Shown here piece after piece: positions 25,466-36,916 of a stretch of DNA of 64,000 nt. Each line of letters starts with the position of its first letter. The stretch's first letter is position 1. The notes below the pieces were generated by a model. That model did not search any database, was not told where the DNA came from, and saw nothing but the letters and a program-made list of their open reading frames with translations. The DNA is from Lingula anatina. Its lineage: Eukaryota; Animalia; Brachiopoda. The translations under genes were made by a program, and so were the position numbers. The stretch is taken from positions 14,034,567 through 14,098,566 of the forward strand of contig CM120644.1 of NCBI GenBank assembly GCA_051362555.1, written 5' to 3'.

Positions 25466-28136
25466 TCAATAGCTTTTCATTGCATGTCCTTATTTCATTA
25501 CGTAACGGTTACATAAGGAGATACATCATTCTTGTAGATGTTCAAGGGGACTATCAGACATAATTTTGTCTGCACAAGTGCATTTGTAGTGGAGTTTACG
25601 TTAGAGATTTAGAGATGTACGGGAAAGGCGAACACTGAAAAGACTGAAAACTCATCGTCCCCATAAATCTCCCTGCGGGGTGTGACAATTAAGTGATGGA
25701 TCAAAGTAATTGATTCACACAGAAAATATTCCTGTCTACTCCCCATTACAGTGCTACCCTCTGCTATCAGGGGCTCCTATAATAGTTTACAAAATTACAC
25801 TGTGCGCCATATAACATTTTTGTAACAGACCAGTAGCGCACCCTGCGGGCAGAGATTACCAAAGAATCAGGGACACCGAGGGGATTGTTTCACTGGCAGA
25901 TATCCATGTTTCTCTGTCTATTAACTACCCCGGTAGCTGTGCACACTTCTGTTATCTTTCTTTTTTTCTAATTTTTGCTCCATTTTCCCTTTATCGCGCG
26001 GCCTGCCTCTGGGAGTAATTTTCGCCCTGTTCGAGGCAATGATTGCTGACTTTTCCATAATGTGTTACAAACGATATGTATAGAGTCTGTTGATTAGTAA
26101 TGGGTTCTTTATGTTATTATTCGTAACTTCATATTGCCGATGTTAGGTTACTGGGTTCGACTGAATAAATTTTGTGAATAGAGGAAGTGCATGTAGAATG
26201 ATAAAACAGTTTTGTATAATTTTCTCATAATTTTCACCTTAAATTATTTTGTGACATTCTCGGAATGTTGCACAGTCTTGATCAAAAAGTCGGAGTGAAG
26301 TCAGTCACTAGCAGAAGACACACAAATTTTATAAGCCTTGCCCATGTGCAGACATCCTCTGGGACATCGATTTGTTAGTTTCGTAATGTTATTACACAAT
26401 ATGTCTCTATCTCTCTCCTATCGTTCCATCTCCTTCTTCCTGGCACCCCCTTGTTTACCTACCGTTGACCTTAATGTATTACGCAGGCTGGAATCAGGAG
26501 TACATCAGTAAGGGCGTAAATCCTCGTTGTGGTCAAATCCTGTTGACCTACATTTGACGTACATGTACTGTGCAGACTGGAACCGGGTGTACACCAGGTA
26601 GGTTTGCGGAAAGTAAAGGCACGGGAAAACCGGTGTGTGTTCAACCGCTTTTTTATGTACATGTAGCACCTTTTTAGAGATGTCTTAAACAGGTGTTTAC
26701 CGGGGGAAGAATGTTAAGGAGAATCATATCAAAGCATACTTGACCTAAAAATTAACAACACTGATTAGGTACTTTATACTATATATGTACAGTAGTGTCA
26801 AGGTTGATTGTGCTTGCCTTGCAAATGGGGTCTGGTTTAATAGCTAATATTGAACACTTTGCAATATCTTTGCCAATTACATTCGTGGTATTTAATTGTA
26901 ATCTATGCATTAATTAGAAGCGCCTTGTCTATACTTTAACTCAAAAGCAGATAGAGGAAGAGGAGGCCGGGCTGAGGGCGGGGACACAGGGACACAGAGG
27001 CACGTATATTTCAAGCCAAGTAAAGCTTAATCATATAACTTGCGCCGGGCCCTATCCCTTGACCACGTTTAGTAAATGTCATCCGGGGAAGTGCGGAACA
27101 GTAGGTCGCGGAATGTTGTATTCCTCATTATTTATGCGGTGGATGCCCATTAAGAGTGCGTGAACCCTATGAAGGTATAACGGTTTTATATTGGCTGGAA
27201 TAGCTTGTATCGAGAACTGTACATTAACAGCATTGGAAACTATGTACATGCTATGCGTAGCAAGATTCATCCTTATGTTATCTGGAACTGCTAGTACTTG
27301 TCATAACGCGTGAATACTGGCACGTTTTTAGGATACTAGTGGACCTGATTTATCATTGATAAACGAGGCGTAGAAGTATTAGTCTACTACGATCGCTTAA
27401 TATTTTGGACTGCGTTTCGTGAGTATGGGCTAAGATCTGGGTTTAACATCGCCCGCAATACTAATACAACGGGGCTTACGGCTAGTTTATAATGTATAAT
27501 CAATGGGAATTGACTTTATATCTACTGTATGTGTGAATGCAAATTTAAATAAGTACTAGCTATATCTTTAAATTGTAAATATATTTGCTTGATATTGATT
27601 AGAGACTGTATCCATTCCCTGTCGTTCGTTTCGTGAAATTTCTCGCATCTTTTAATTATGTAAGAATTCTAGCTATTTGGCGGAAGAAATGAATTATGTA
27701 ACTGTTGGTTTGGGTCGTCAAAGTTTGACTTTGCTGCCTGAACTTTTGGCCCCTTCACTGCTATGGTACCTTTTCTTTCACAAAACTTTCAACTAATTAA
27801 ACCTGACTGCTGGGTCACTTCCCACGGGCAGCCTCGCTTCCGTTTCATTCAACGCTTAATGATCAATTGAGCTGAAGTAAGAGTTTCCTTTACATTTCAC
27901 AGTGGGAGGCAATTAAAGAAAAGCAGAGTGGCCGCTCCAATTTTTGAACTGATTTAGTCTCAAAGGTAAGTGGAGTCTCTTCAAGTAATGGAATATCTAC
28001 ATTGGCTAAGGAATTGATTTTCTACGGAAATTGGACTACTAGCTAGCGATGTAAGAAAAATGTATGGAAAATCTACCCCCTCCCGCCAAAAAATTACAAA
28101 AAATAAAAATAAAATTAAAAATAACGAAGAGAGAGG

Positions 28137-28233
28137 TTTTTATGGACAGACACAGATGTGTCTGTACATTAAGACGTCGCCTGCATCTGTTGTCGACGTT
28201 GTCGCCGTGCACTTTCAGTGTTATTACGATAAG
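28137..28233 (+). mobile_element. Truncated 5' end of the same HINE family as 6734-8328
   Basis: TTTTTATGGACAGACACAGATGTGTCTGTACAT...GTCGCCGTGCACTTT...ACGATAAG aligns with 6734-6830. Confidence 0.8.
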
Positions 28234-29550
28234 ATTAGTTCATATATCTTCTTATAGTGTTGTTTAGGTTGATATTGAACGCGAGACCCACTTAGAGCTG
28301 GTAATTCGAATAGTAAACTTTCATAATTCAATTGCACATGGCAAAACAGCTAAGACACATATTTGCATAAAACCAAATTTCAACCCATTATACGTAGAGT
28401 ATCAGAGGATAAAGTGTTTCAACGCAATGGAGATTGTTATGGAGCGAGGGTGGGATGGGCAAGAGTGGGGGAGGGGGGTTAGGAACGCTATGTACTTTTC
28501 CATCTATAGTACATGGAATGTTCAATAAAAAACCCTCTGGGATTTCTTCTGTTATTCATTTAATTCAAAAGTTCATTTAATTCGTATGCGAGAATTGAGG
28601 TCTCAAGCAGCTGGTAAAATGTACGCAATAGCCAATGTTGTTCAGTAGTCAAATGCTCAATGTGAACAGGTACAAATTGCATCGCTCAAGTATACCTTTC
28701 GATATGAGCAGGCGTTATTTTGAAACGGTCTTTAACTCTGCGTTCTGCATGTCAGGGGAAATGTTTTATCGATAGGTTAACATCGTCAACATTTTCAGCA
28801 GGCGTTTTTATTCTTGTTATCTGTGAAGCTAAAGTGTGTTCCCACGCATACCCAGTAGTTCAAAGGTGAGAGCGTCCGAACCTGCCCCACACATACATGT
28901 ATTTATAGGGCGGGCTAGGAAATAGCACTGGTGACTAGCTGCATAGAGTGTAGGCTTGATGAAAGTTTTATGCTCTGTGCAAACACACATTTCGAGATTT
29001 CATGGTTCCTGTCAAATTTACGTAAAGTCGCTCAAAGAAGACCCGAGGACACGTAACGACTAGTTTAAAGGTTTTTTGACGCTAACATGATCTACGTGCA
29101 GTCTCCAACTTCGGAACCCTCTCCTGTAACTCGCTTCCTTCTTCTTAGCACTCCCAAGCGCTACCACAAATATTACTTCTGAACGTCTTATATCCAAATT
29201 CCTTATCTAAGGTGGGTTCAATGCTGCACTAATGCGCGGTGCATACGTACACAGCCAAGCGACTCCTTTAAAAATAATTTACAAGTCTGGGGTTTTTTAT
29301 GCGAACTGAACAACAGATATACCCAACACCGTGGTTTCTAACGTACTTGACGTAACACAACCAACTCTTTTGACATTCTCCACACCCGAATACGTGTAAT
29401 TACTCCATGTATTTGATGAAAGAACCACCTCCAGTTGTACCCAAGTAATTGTGTAATACGTATAATCCCGAGTCTTAACGCAATCAATGAACATGCACAT
29501 GTCCTATTCAATGATTCTGTCTTATATATGTAGGTTTGGTATTTGTAAAA

Positions 29551-31948
29551 ATGGATTCCAACTCACCTCCCATTGAACTGAGTGAAAGGAAGCCGAAAGA
29601 TACGGATGAAGGTCCAAACATTGCCACCCCCGACCACGTAGGTGCCAAGACGGGCCAAAAAGAGGTTCCCGACGAAAAGGTATCGTGCTGATCATGAATA
29701 CCAAATATGATGTGTGTCACTGCTAATAAACTCACTGTATCTACCAGCGCCGTCTCATATAATTCTAGGAGTGTTAATTATCTCATTGGCGACACAACGT
29801 GCAAGTAGCGTGCTACATGTATCAATCTTTAGTTGGTTAAATGAGTTAAGCCTGTACCCTTATGAATCTGTCTAAAATGGGTCCCAAAAACAAATGTGTT
29901 CGTTGAACAAGGTGTGGTTCCATGTCGGCAGGGATTTTATCAAAGACGGGAAACGAATTGTACATGTATAGTTGTTCTGGACTTAAAAATATGTCTGTTG
30001 CAGGGAACACATTTTAGATTATCGATTGTTAGATACATCAGTCAAATAAGTTCTGAGAGGTATACGGTACCTGCACGACTAACAGTTTATTAAAACATGC
30101 GCCGAGTTCCAAATTGAATGGTTACGTGGGCCAAATATACAAATAAGTCCATTATGGGCAGAAAAAGCTTATTACACTTTTCCTGCATGCGTTTGCCTTG
30201 TGATTGGTATTTTTCTTCTCAAATGCGTTCTAGATTTCCCAAGTGGTTCCGCATGATGTTCTCTTACGACTTCAAAGTCAGCAACAGGAAGAAATTGAGG
30301 AAGTGGAAGAGGAATTATTTGAAGATCTAGACGAGGATGAACCCGACTGCTTCCATAGGAATGCCGCAAAGATCCAGAAAAGTAAGAATTACCCCCAAAA
30401 CCTTTGTTGTCTTTTTGAATTAAGATAAGTAACACTAACAATTTGGAAGGAAGAGAGTTAAGAATAATCATCGAAAATGTTTATTTTACGCCAAAAGACT
30501 GGGGTACCCGTAATTAGCTACGGAAAGTAACGCATTTGACAATGTTGAAATTGAGCGCACGTCTTTGTCTAAAGATTTCATACCTTTTTGTCTTATTTAA
30601 ACTCTCTTTTAGCCCTGTCCGCATTTTACCAAGATCACAAGAATATTTTCCTGTGGTCGTTTTACGCCGTTCTGATCCTTGGTTACATCGTTTACTTCAT
30701 CTACGCCATGTGGTACAGCTTTGGCGATGAAGGCTCTATCCGATTGGTGGTTTTGACCGTCTTCTTGGTATTGATGGCTTTGGCGGCCATTTTGAAACCA
30801 AGGTTGAAGAACTGCGTATTGCCGTCTGTTAAAAGATTCGACAAATCCAAGTTGAAATACGTGAGATGGTGAGGGTACAACATACAAGGGTATTCTTTTA
30901 TTTGTTCTCTTTTAATAAAGTTAAAACACGTCATTAAGGGTTGAAAGAGAACATTACTCATTGCTAGATTATATGGGTGAGTTGTACAACATTTTGTATT
31001 TTAGGTTTGGTACTTACTCATTTTAATATGCACTTGTATGGGTGTGTTCTTAATAGCGTTGTGTGTAGCATATATTATATTATATTATATTATATTATAT
31101 TATATTATATTATATTATATTATATTAAATAACTTCTCGTAATATCCTCATTACATTTTCAGGGCATTCTACATCATTGCCACACTAGTTATAGCATCTA
31201 TAATTATAGCAGAAGTGGCAGTGAAGAAACCGGCAAACCTCATGTCAGGAGTAGGCATCATAGTATATGTGGCAGTGTTCTTCATATTTTCTCATAACCC
31301 GGCTAAGGTAAGACCACCCAAGGAGTTCCAACGAACTCCTTGGACCACCTAGTGATATTGCATGTGTTTCATACTGAAGCTTAATTCTTGAAATTCCTAT
31401 TAGCATTCATTGTCTCCACATTTAGCGTTGAGTTACCTTACGTCATGGGGTGCGGATATTAAGATTTTCAGATGTTGGTTGCGCATTCGCAAATGTTAAT
31501 TGCGGGTGTCAGCGAAGGCTTACTATCCACGGTAGACCTAAGGCTTCGTTCACATGCAATGTCTATTTTCTAAAAATCTATTTTCTATTTTCTATTCGCG
31601 CTATCTTATGATCACGGTCTGTGCACTGAATATCCCGCCGCGTAATTACTGGCAGCGCGAGCCAGTTACTTATAGTAACTTATAGTAACTGGCTCGCGCT
31701 GCCAGTAATTACGCGGCGGGATATTCAGGCCACAGACCGTGATCATAAGACATGCCGCAAATAGAAAATAGAATTTAGAAAATAGACATTGCATGTGAAC
31801 GAAGCCTTAATGTCGAAAAATAATGTATGGAAATCACTTTTCAGATTATATATCCTGTCAAAGGCCGTTCAGTAAACCTCGATCTGTAAACCCGCTTTCG
31901 AGATATAAATGTCCATTTTTACCAACCCGGGTGACAGCCACCACTCAA

Positions 31949-31979
<31 letters not shown>

Positions 31980-34900
31980 GAAAAAATGACTTATATAAAA
32001 TTGAAATTAAAGACGGACTACAGAAACCAATCTAATATATTGTACATCCCTCCCGTATCACATTTATTGCTTAGAATATCAGCTAGAGATCCGTGTTAAG
32101 AAATGTGTTTTTCCTAAACAGACAAAATTAAATCAGATGATAAAGTAAAAAATAGTCTCCTAAGGGGTGTAATAAGTTCATTAATTTAAAAATGAGACCC
32201 AATTTTAGGCATTTAGATCAAAGTATTATTTCCTGATTGCATTTCTACATTATTTATTTAACAGAATGAAAAATCAAATCATTGGGTAATTACTAAATAA
32301 ACAATATTGACGAAGGTTTTTGGCTTTTATAATTGGTGTTCATTTTATATCATTGCATCAGATAGAGCTTTTTATTACGCTGACCATTCCCATAACCCTG
32401 TCGTACTAGCAGGATCGATCTATCTCCGAGGGGATTCTCGCTAAATTGCATTCAGTATAAGCGTGCACGAAAGTTAACTACCCAATAGAAGTTTCGGTGA
32501 GTGTGACAGACATTTAAGCCGCTTAAAGTGAATGCAATTTAGCGAGAATCCGTTCGGAGTTAGATCAATCCTGCTAGTACGATAGGTTTATAGGAACCCT
32601 ATTCTTACGTGTATATTACAGGTAAAATGGCGACCTGTCTTCATGGGTCTTCTCCTTCAGTTCATCTTTGCTCTAATTATTCTTCGTACGGAGTCCGGGT
32701 TCCATTCCTTCATGTGGCTCGGGGACAGGGTGTCAGAGTTCTTGGACCACACCGACTTTGGCGCTGAATTTGTCCTAGGTGACGCCACGCACCACTTCTT
32801 TGCATTTAAGGTGGGTTCCTTGGATTAATTAGCTGAATCAATTGGGTATCGCATTTTGTATTTACCGAATAATAAACAGCGTCAATGTATGCAAATACAT
32901 TGTACTTTGCTCTTAATGGGTCAATGCTAGATTGTATTTTGTGTCCTTGTAATGGTAATTGATCATGGTGGTGATGATTATAAGGAAATCTTGTTTTTGC
33001 TTTCCCACACCGAAGGAGTTCACACAAAAAAGGCTAGAAATGGATATGGGTGCATTTGCTTGACGTAATGTTACTAATTACATCAATGATACACGTGCTT
33101 GCACTTATCCTGTGGGGGTCGAGTCGTTGTTTTCACAGCAGGCAATTATTTTGTTGCTCTCCTTAGCATGCAAATAATTTTTTCAGCTAATTGTACACAG
33201 TTTCTCCACATATTTTTTTCAGATTCTCCCTATAGTTATATTCTTCAGCACGTGCATTTCCATATTGTACTACTGGGGCGCCATGCAGTGGATAATATTC
33301 CGGGTTGCCTGGGTGATGCAGGTCGCCATGGGAACTACTGCAGCAGAATCCGTCAATGCCGCAGCAAATATTTTCATCGGCCAGGTTGGTTGAATACGTG
33401 AGCTATGGTCTGAGCAAAGCACATCGACTCAGAAAGATTTCTGTGCATCGGTGTGAAAAATAGTCTTTTTTGAATATTGAATTCTTTATCTTTCAATTCG
33501 AAACTGGTATACAATTTGGCGTACACGGCTCCAAAAATAGCCTTCTATCGTCAGCTTGGGTAATACATATACTAAAGTACTAGTATCTCATTAAATGCAA
33601 CTGAGATGTACAAATCGGCTAAATCTGTACCTCACATGAGTTTGAACACATACCAGACGTATCTGTCATATTTAGTCTGTCGAAACTCTTTTTACTTTCT
33701 ATCATTTATTTTTTAAATATTTTGTTTTTAATTCAGAGTGAAGCACCCCTCATGATCCGCCCTTTGCTACCAAAGATGACGAATTCCGAGCTCCACGCCG
33801 TCATGACAGGTGGATTTGCCACCATTGCTGGCACCGTGCTGGGAGCTTTCATTGGATTTGGGGTAAGGTTCGATTCTCTTTGAAACCGCAATATGTATTT
33901 TACCTGTTACAGAGGCGGATTTAGGCCGTCTTCTGGGTCTTCCAGGAGACGGTCAGATTTTCAAGTTTACATTGACGGGTATCTATTTTTTTCTGTTGGA
34001 AGGCGGTCAAAATTGTAGGATGGATCAATAAAGATAATTTGGAAGACTGTCAGAAAATAGCTCTGGATCCGCCCCTGCTGTACATATAAAAATTACAACA
34101 AATGTTTTATTCTATGTTGAAAAGAAAAGACTCAAATATGCCACGAGAAAATGATGTTTGGGTACCCCTTAGCTACACGATGTTAGAAATACAGTATTGT
34201 ATTTGTTCTTTTTGCTAAGGTAGCGTAAATCGCGCTGGTGAATTTCAGTGGATATAAGTAGTTCATTAGTTCACAAAAAGACTATTTTTAATACTTAACA
34301 AAATTTTATAGAAGTGATATATTTATCAAATATTCTACGTGTATTGCCCTGTCCCTGTCGCTCGCGGCAAAATCGCTTTTAAAGAAACAAGACTAAAGAA
34401 CAGTTGTTAACGGAATAAATTTTATTATACAATAGTTAATAATTAATATAGGTCCCTGCCAATCATCTCCTATCGGCGTCTGTGATCTCAGCTCCTGCCG
34501 CTCTGGCCATGGCGAAACTTTTCTATCCCGAGACCAAGAAATCTAAAACGACCGTGCAAGACATTGAAAACATGGAAAAGGGGTAATATTAAGTTATTTC
34601 TGAAAATATTTTGTTATGAAATAATTTAAACACATTTTAAAAATAGAAAAGTGAAAAAAAGATATGGATGAATTTATACATAGGCAAAGTGTATCACTAT
34701 TGCAAGTAGATAAATGTGTGAAAGTACAGAAACTTACAAGCTTGGAAATATATGTATATGCATCTGTAAGTCAGATGAAAACATCTTTCCTGTCTCACTT
34801 CTACCAAACTTTTTGCCACCAAGTCTATGATGGAGTATGCATTAATGAAAGTCCATTCGCAGGATAACGTGCAACGAAACGCTAAGTCTTATATTTGTTT

Positions 34901-36352
34901 CAGACCCGAACGAAGCGTAATTCAGGCGGCCTCCAATGGCGCCTCCCAGTCCATCAAGCTGGTCGCCAATATCGCCGTCAACCTGGTCGCCTTCCTAGCC
35001 TTAATGGACCTGGTGAACGGGACCCTCACCTGGGCTGGAAACAGGGTCGGCCTGGAGAAACTGACGCTACAGGTATGGTACAAGGTAGTGAACATTGTAA
35101 ACAGGTGAGATTATGATATGTAAACTGACGCTACAGGTATGATAGTCAATATAGTGAGTAGGTGATGTTAAATACGCCATACATACAGAAATAATGTACA
35201 AAGTTCTTGTTTGGAACACGATCTTGAAGTATCTTAACTTAATCGCCCCCTGTTGTTGAATTTTTTAGATCATTCTGTCCTACCTTCTTTGGCCGTTTGC
35301 GTTCGTCATGGGGGCTGCTATCCCCGATTGCCGCAAGGTGGCAGAGCTGATAGGAGTAAAGACGCTCGTCAATGAATTTGTGGCGTTTGATGAACTTGGA
35401 AAATTGATCAGAAATCGAAAGGTCTTGATGGGCTATAATGACACAGTGGTTGCAAGCGGAGAAGATTTATTCCTACCCGGTTTGAACAAGACGCTGGTGG
35501 GAGGGGTCTTGACGGTATAAATTTTTTTAAATCTTTTTATTTGAGTTGTTCATTTTGTAATCTTAGTAACCTGCATGTTCCTGTACATTTAGGCTCGGTA
35601 AATGGTAGGAGTACTGTTGGCAATATTTTATTAACTGACCGAAGTTTGGTCAAAGGGAAGATATATGTGTACAGAACGCGCCAGTATTTTGTACATGAAT
35701 GTCAAAAGCAATCACCCCTTACGTACGAAATGTACAGACGAGTCCAAATATCTTATTATGCGATAAATAGATAAAGATATACATATGTAAATGGGTCATA
35801 ATGCGAAAAAAATGACGGCTACTGAACCCTAGTAAGGTTTACAGTGATAACTGTTTTTATAGGAGCGTTCCGAAGTCCTTTCCACTTACGCCTTATGTGG
35901 TTTCTCTAACGTCGGATCCATTGGTGTAATGTTGGGAGCGTTGGGGGCAATGGCACCGAGACGGAAACGAGATCTCGCGAAGATTGTAATCCGGGCCATG
36001 ATTGCAGGAAACGTCGCAAGCTTCATGACGGCGTGCATTGCAGGTATGTTTTATTAGAGGCTTGGATATTGTTTGAATGCAATCACTTGATGTCCTGGTA
36101 TTTTTAAACCCCCTTTCTTTCCTTTTTCTTTGCCATGTTTTACAATTTGCGTAAAAACTAGAAAAAGAACCATGAAACAAACAAAACATCATTAATTAAC
36201 TGTTACAATCAAACACTGACTTAATGATTAATTTTTTCTGTCTTGTTTTCTGTATTTTATCTTACTTTTTAACATGCAATATTGGACGTACTAGTATGTG
36301 TATATTACCTTCAGGACTATTCTATGTTGAAATAGACCATTCAGGACACTGA
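29551..36352 (+). CDS. SLC28A3: Concentrative Na+/nucleoside cotransporter, SLC28 family (CNT3-like), 12 coding exons, 639 aa
   Basis: Exons: 29551-29679, 30234-30381, 30613-30868, 31163-31307, 32622-32810, 33223-33384, 33737-33862, 34452-34582, 34904-35072, 35269-35514, 35863-36043, 36315-36352. GT-AG introns, consistent phases, 1920 nt ending TGA. CNT hallmarks: [117 protein letters not shown]. Exon 1 is less certain than the core. Confidence 0.95.
31072..31127. repeat. (ATATT)n pentanucleotide repeat
   Basis: Direct reading. Confidence 0.95.
31541..31807. mobile_element. Near-perfect palindromic (foldback) MITE, PIF/Harbinger-like, in SLC28 intron 4
   Basis: AGGCTTCGTTCACATGCAATGTCTATTTTCTAA...TTAGAAAATAGACATTGCATGTGAACGAAGCCT; arms pair almost to the centre; TA/TWA flanks. 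Confidence 0.85.
32387..32596. mobile_element. Foldback MITE with ~75-bp arms (shared inner motif group)
   Basis: TCGTACTAGCAGGATCGATCTATCTCCGAGGGGATTCTCGCTAAATTGCATTCA pairs with TGAATGCAATTTAGCGAGAATCCGTTCGGAGTTAGATCAATCCTGCTAGTACGA. Confidence 0.8.
33910..34077 (+). mobile_element. MITE family M1 copy 2 (SLC28 intron 7)
   Basis: CAGAGGCGGATTTAGGCCGTCTTCTGGG...TGGATCCGCCCCTG; full-length match to copies 1 and 3; TSD imperfect. Confidence 0.9.
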
Positions 36353-36878
36353 AGTAGACAAACATTGTACCAGTGCTAGCAAACTGCTGTTTCATACTCT
36401 GCCGACTGATACATGGATGCGCATTGATTGCATTACATCATAATGCCACCACATACAGTGTAGTCTGGTAAAGTAAATGCGTTCATGTTGATCGATATCA
36501 ACGACGAGCACCTAGGGCGAGTATGCTGTACCCTCCGCCAAGGGTCTCTGTCGTTTCTTCTAAAACTGATTGAAATACTACTATTCAAATTTGTAACAAT
36601 TACAGAAGTTTCTGTCGGAGGGTAAGCGTACCATGGTTCTGCTGTGTGACGTCACACGTGCAATTGGCTGACCACTCGATAGGAAAGAGGAAAAGAAAGT
36701 AACAGAAGCAGGAATGGGAAATACATGTGCCATGAGATACGCGTTTTAACGAACAGAGAGAACCTCGGGATATTTCTCATTTATCATGTTATTTCTCGTA
36801 TATTTAGATATTTTTCGTATATTTAGATTTCATTTATTTTAGTCAATTGTGTGTTAACGTGTGTTTGTGTGTATGTGT

Positions 36879-36916
<38 letters not shown>

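Noticed and set aside
36350-36400. SLC28 TGA as a possible selenocysteine or readthrough codon
   Set aside because: An in-frame TAG follows within 9 codons, and I see no readthrough context or evident SECIS element.
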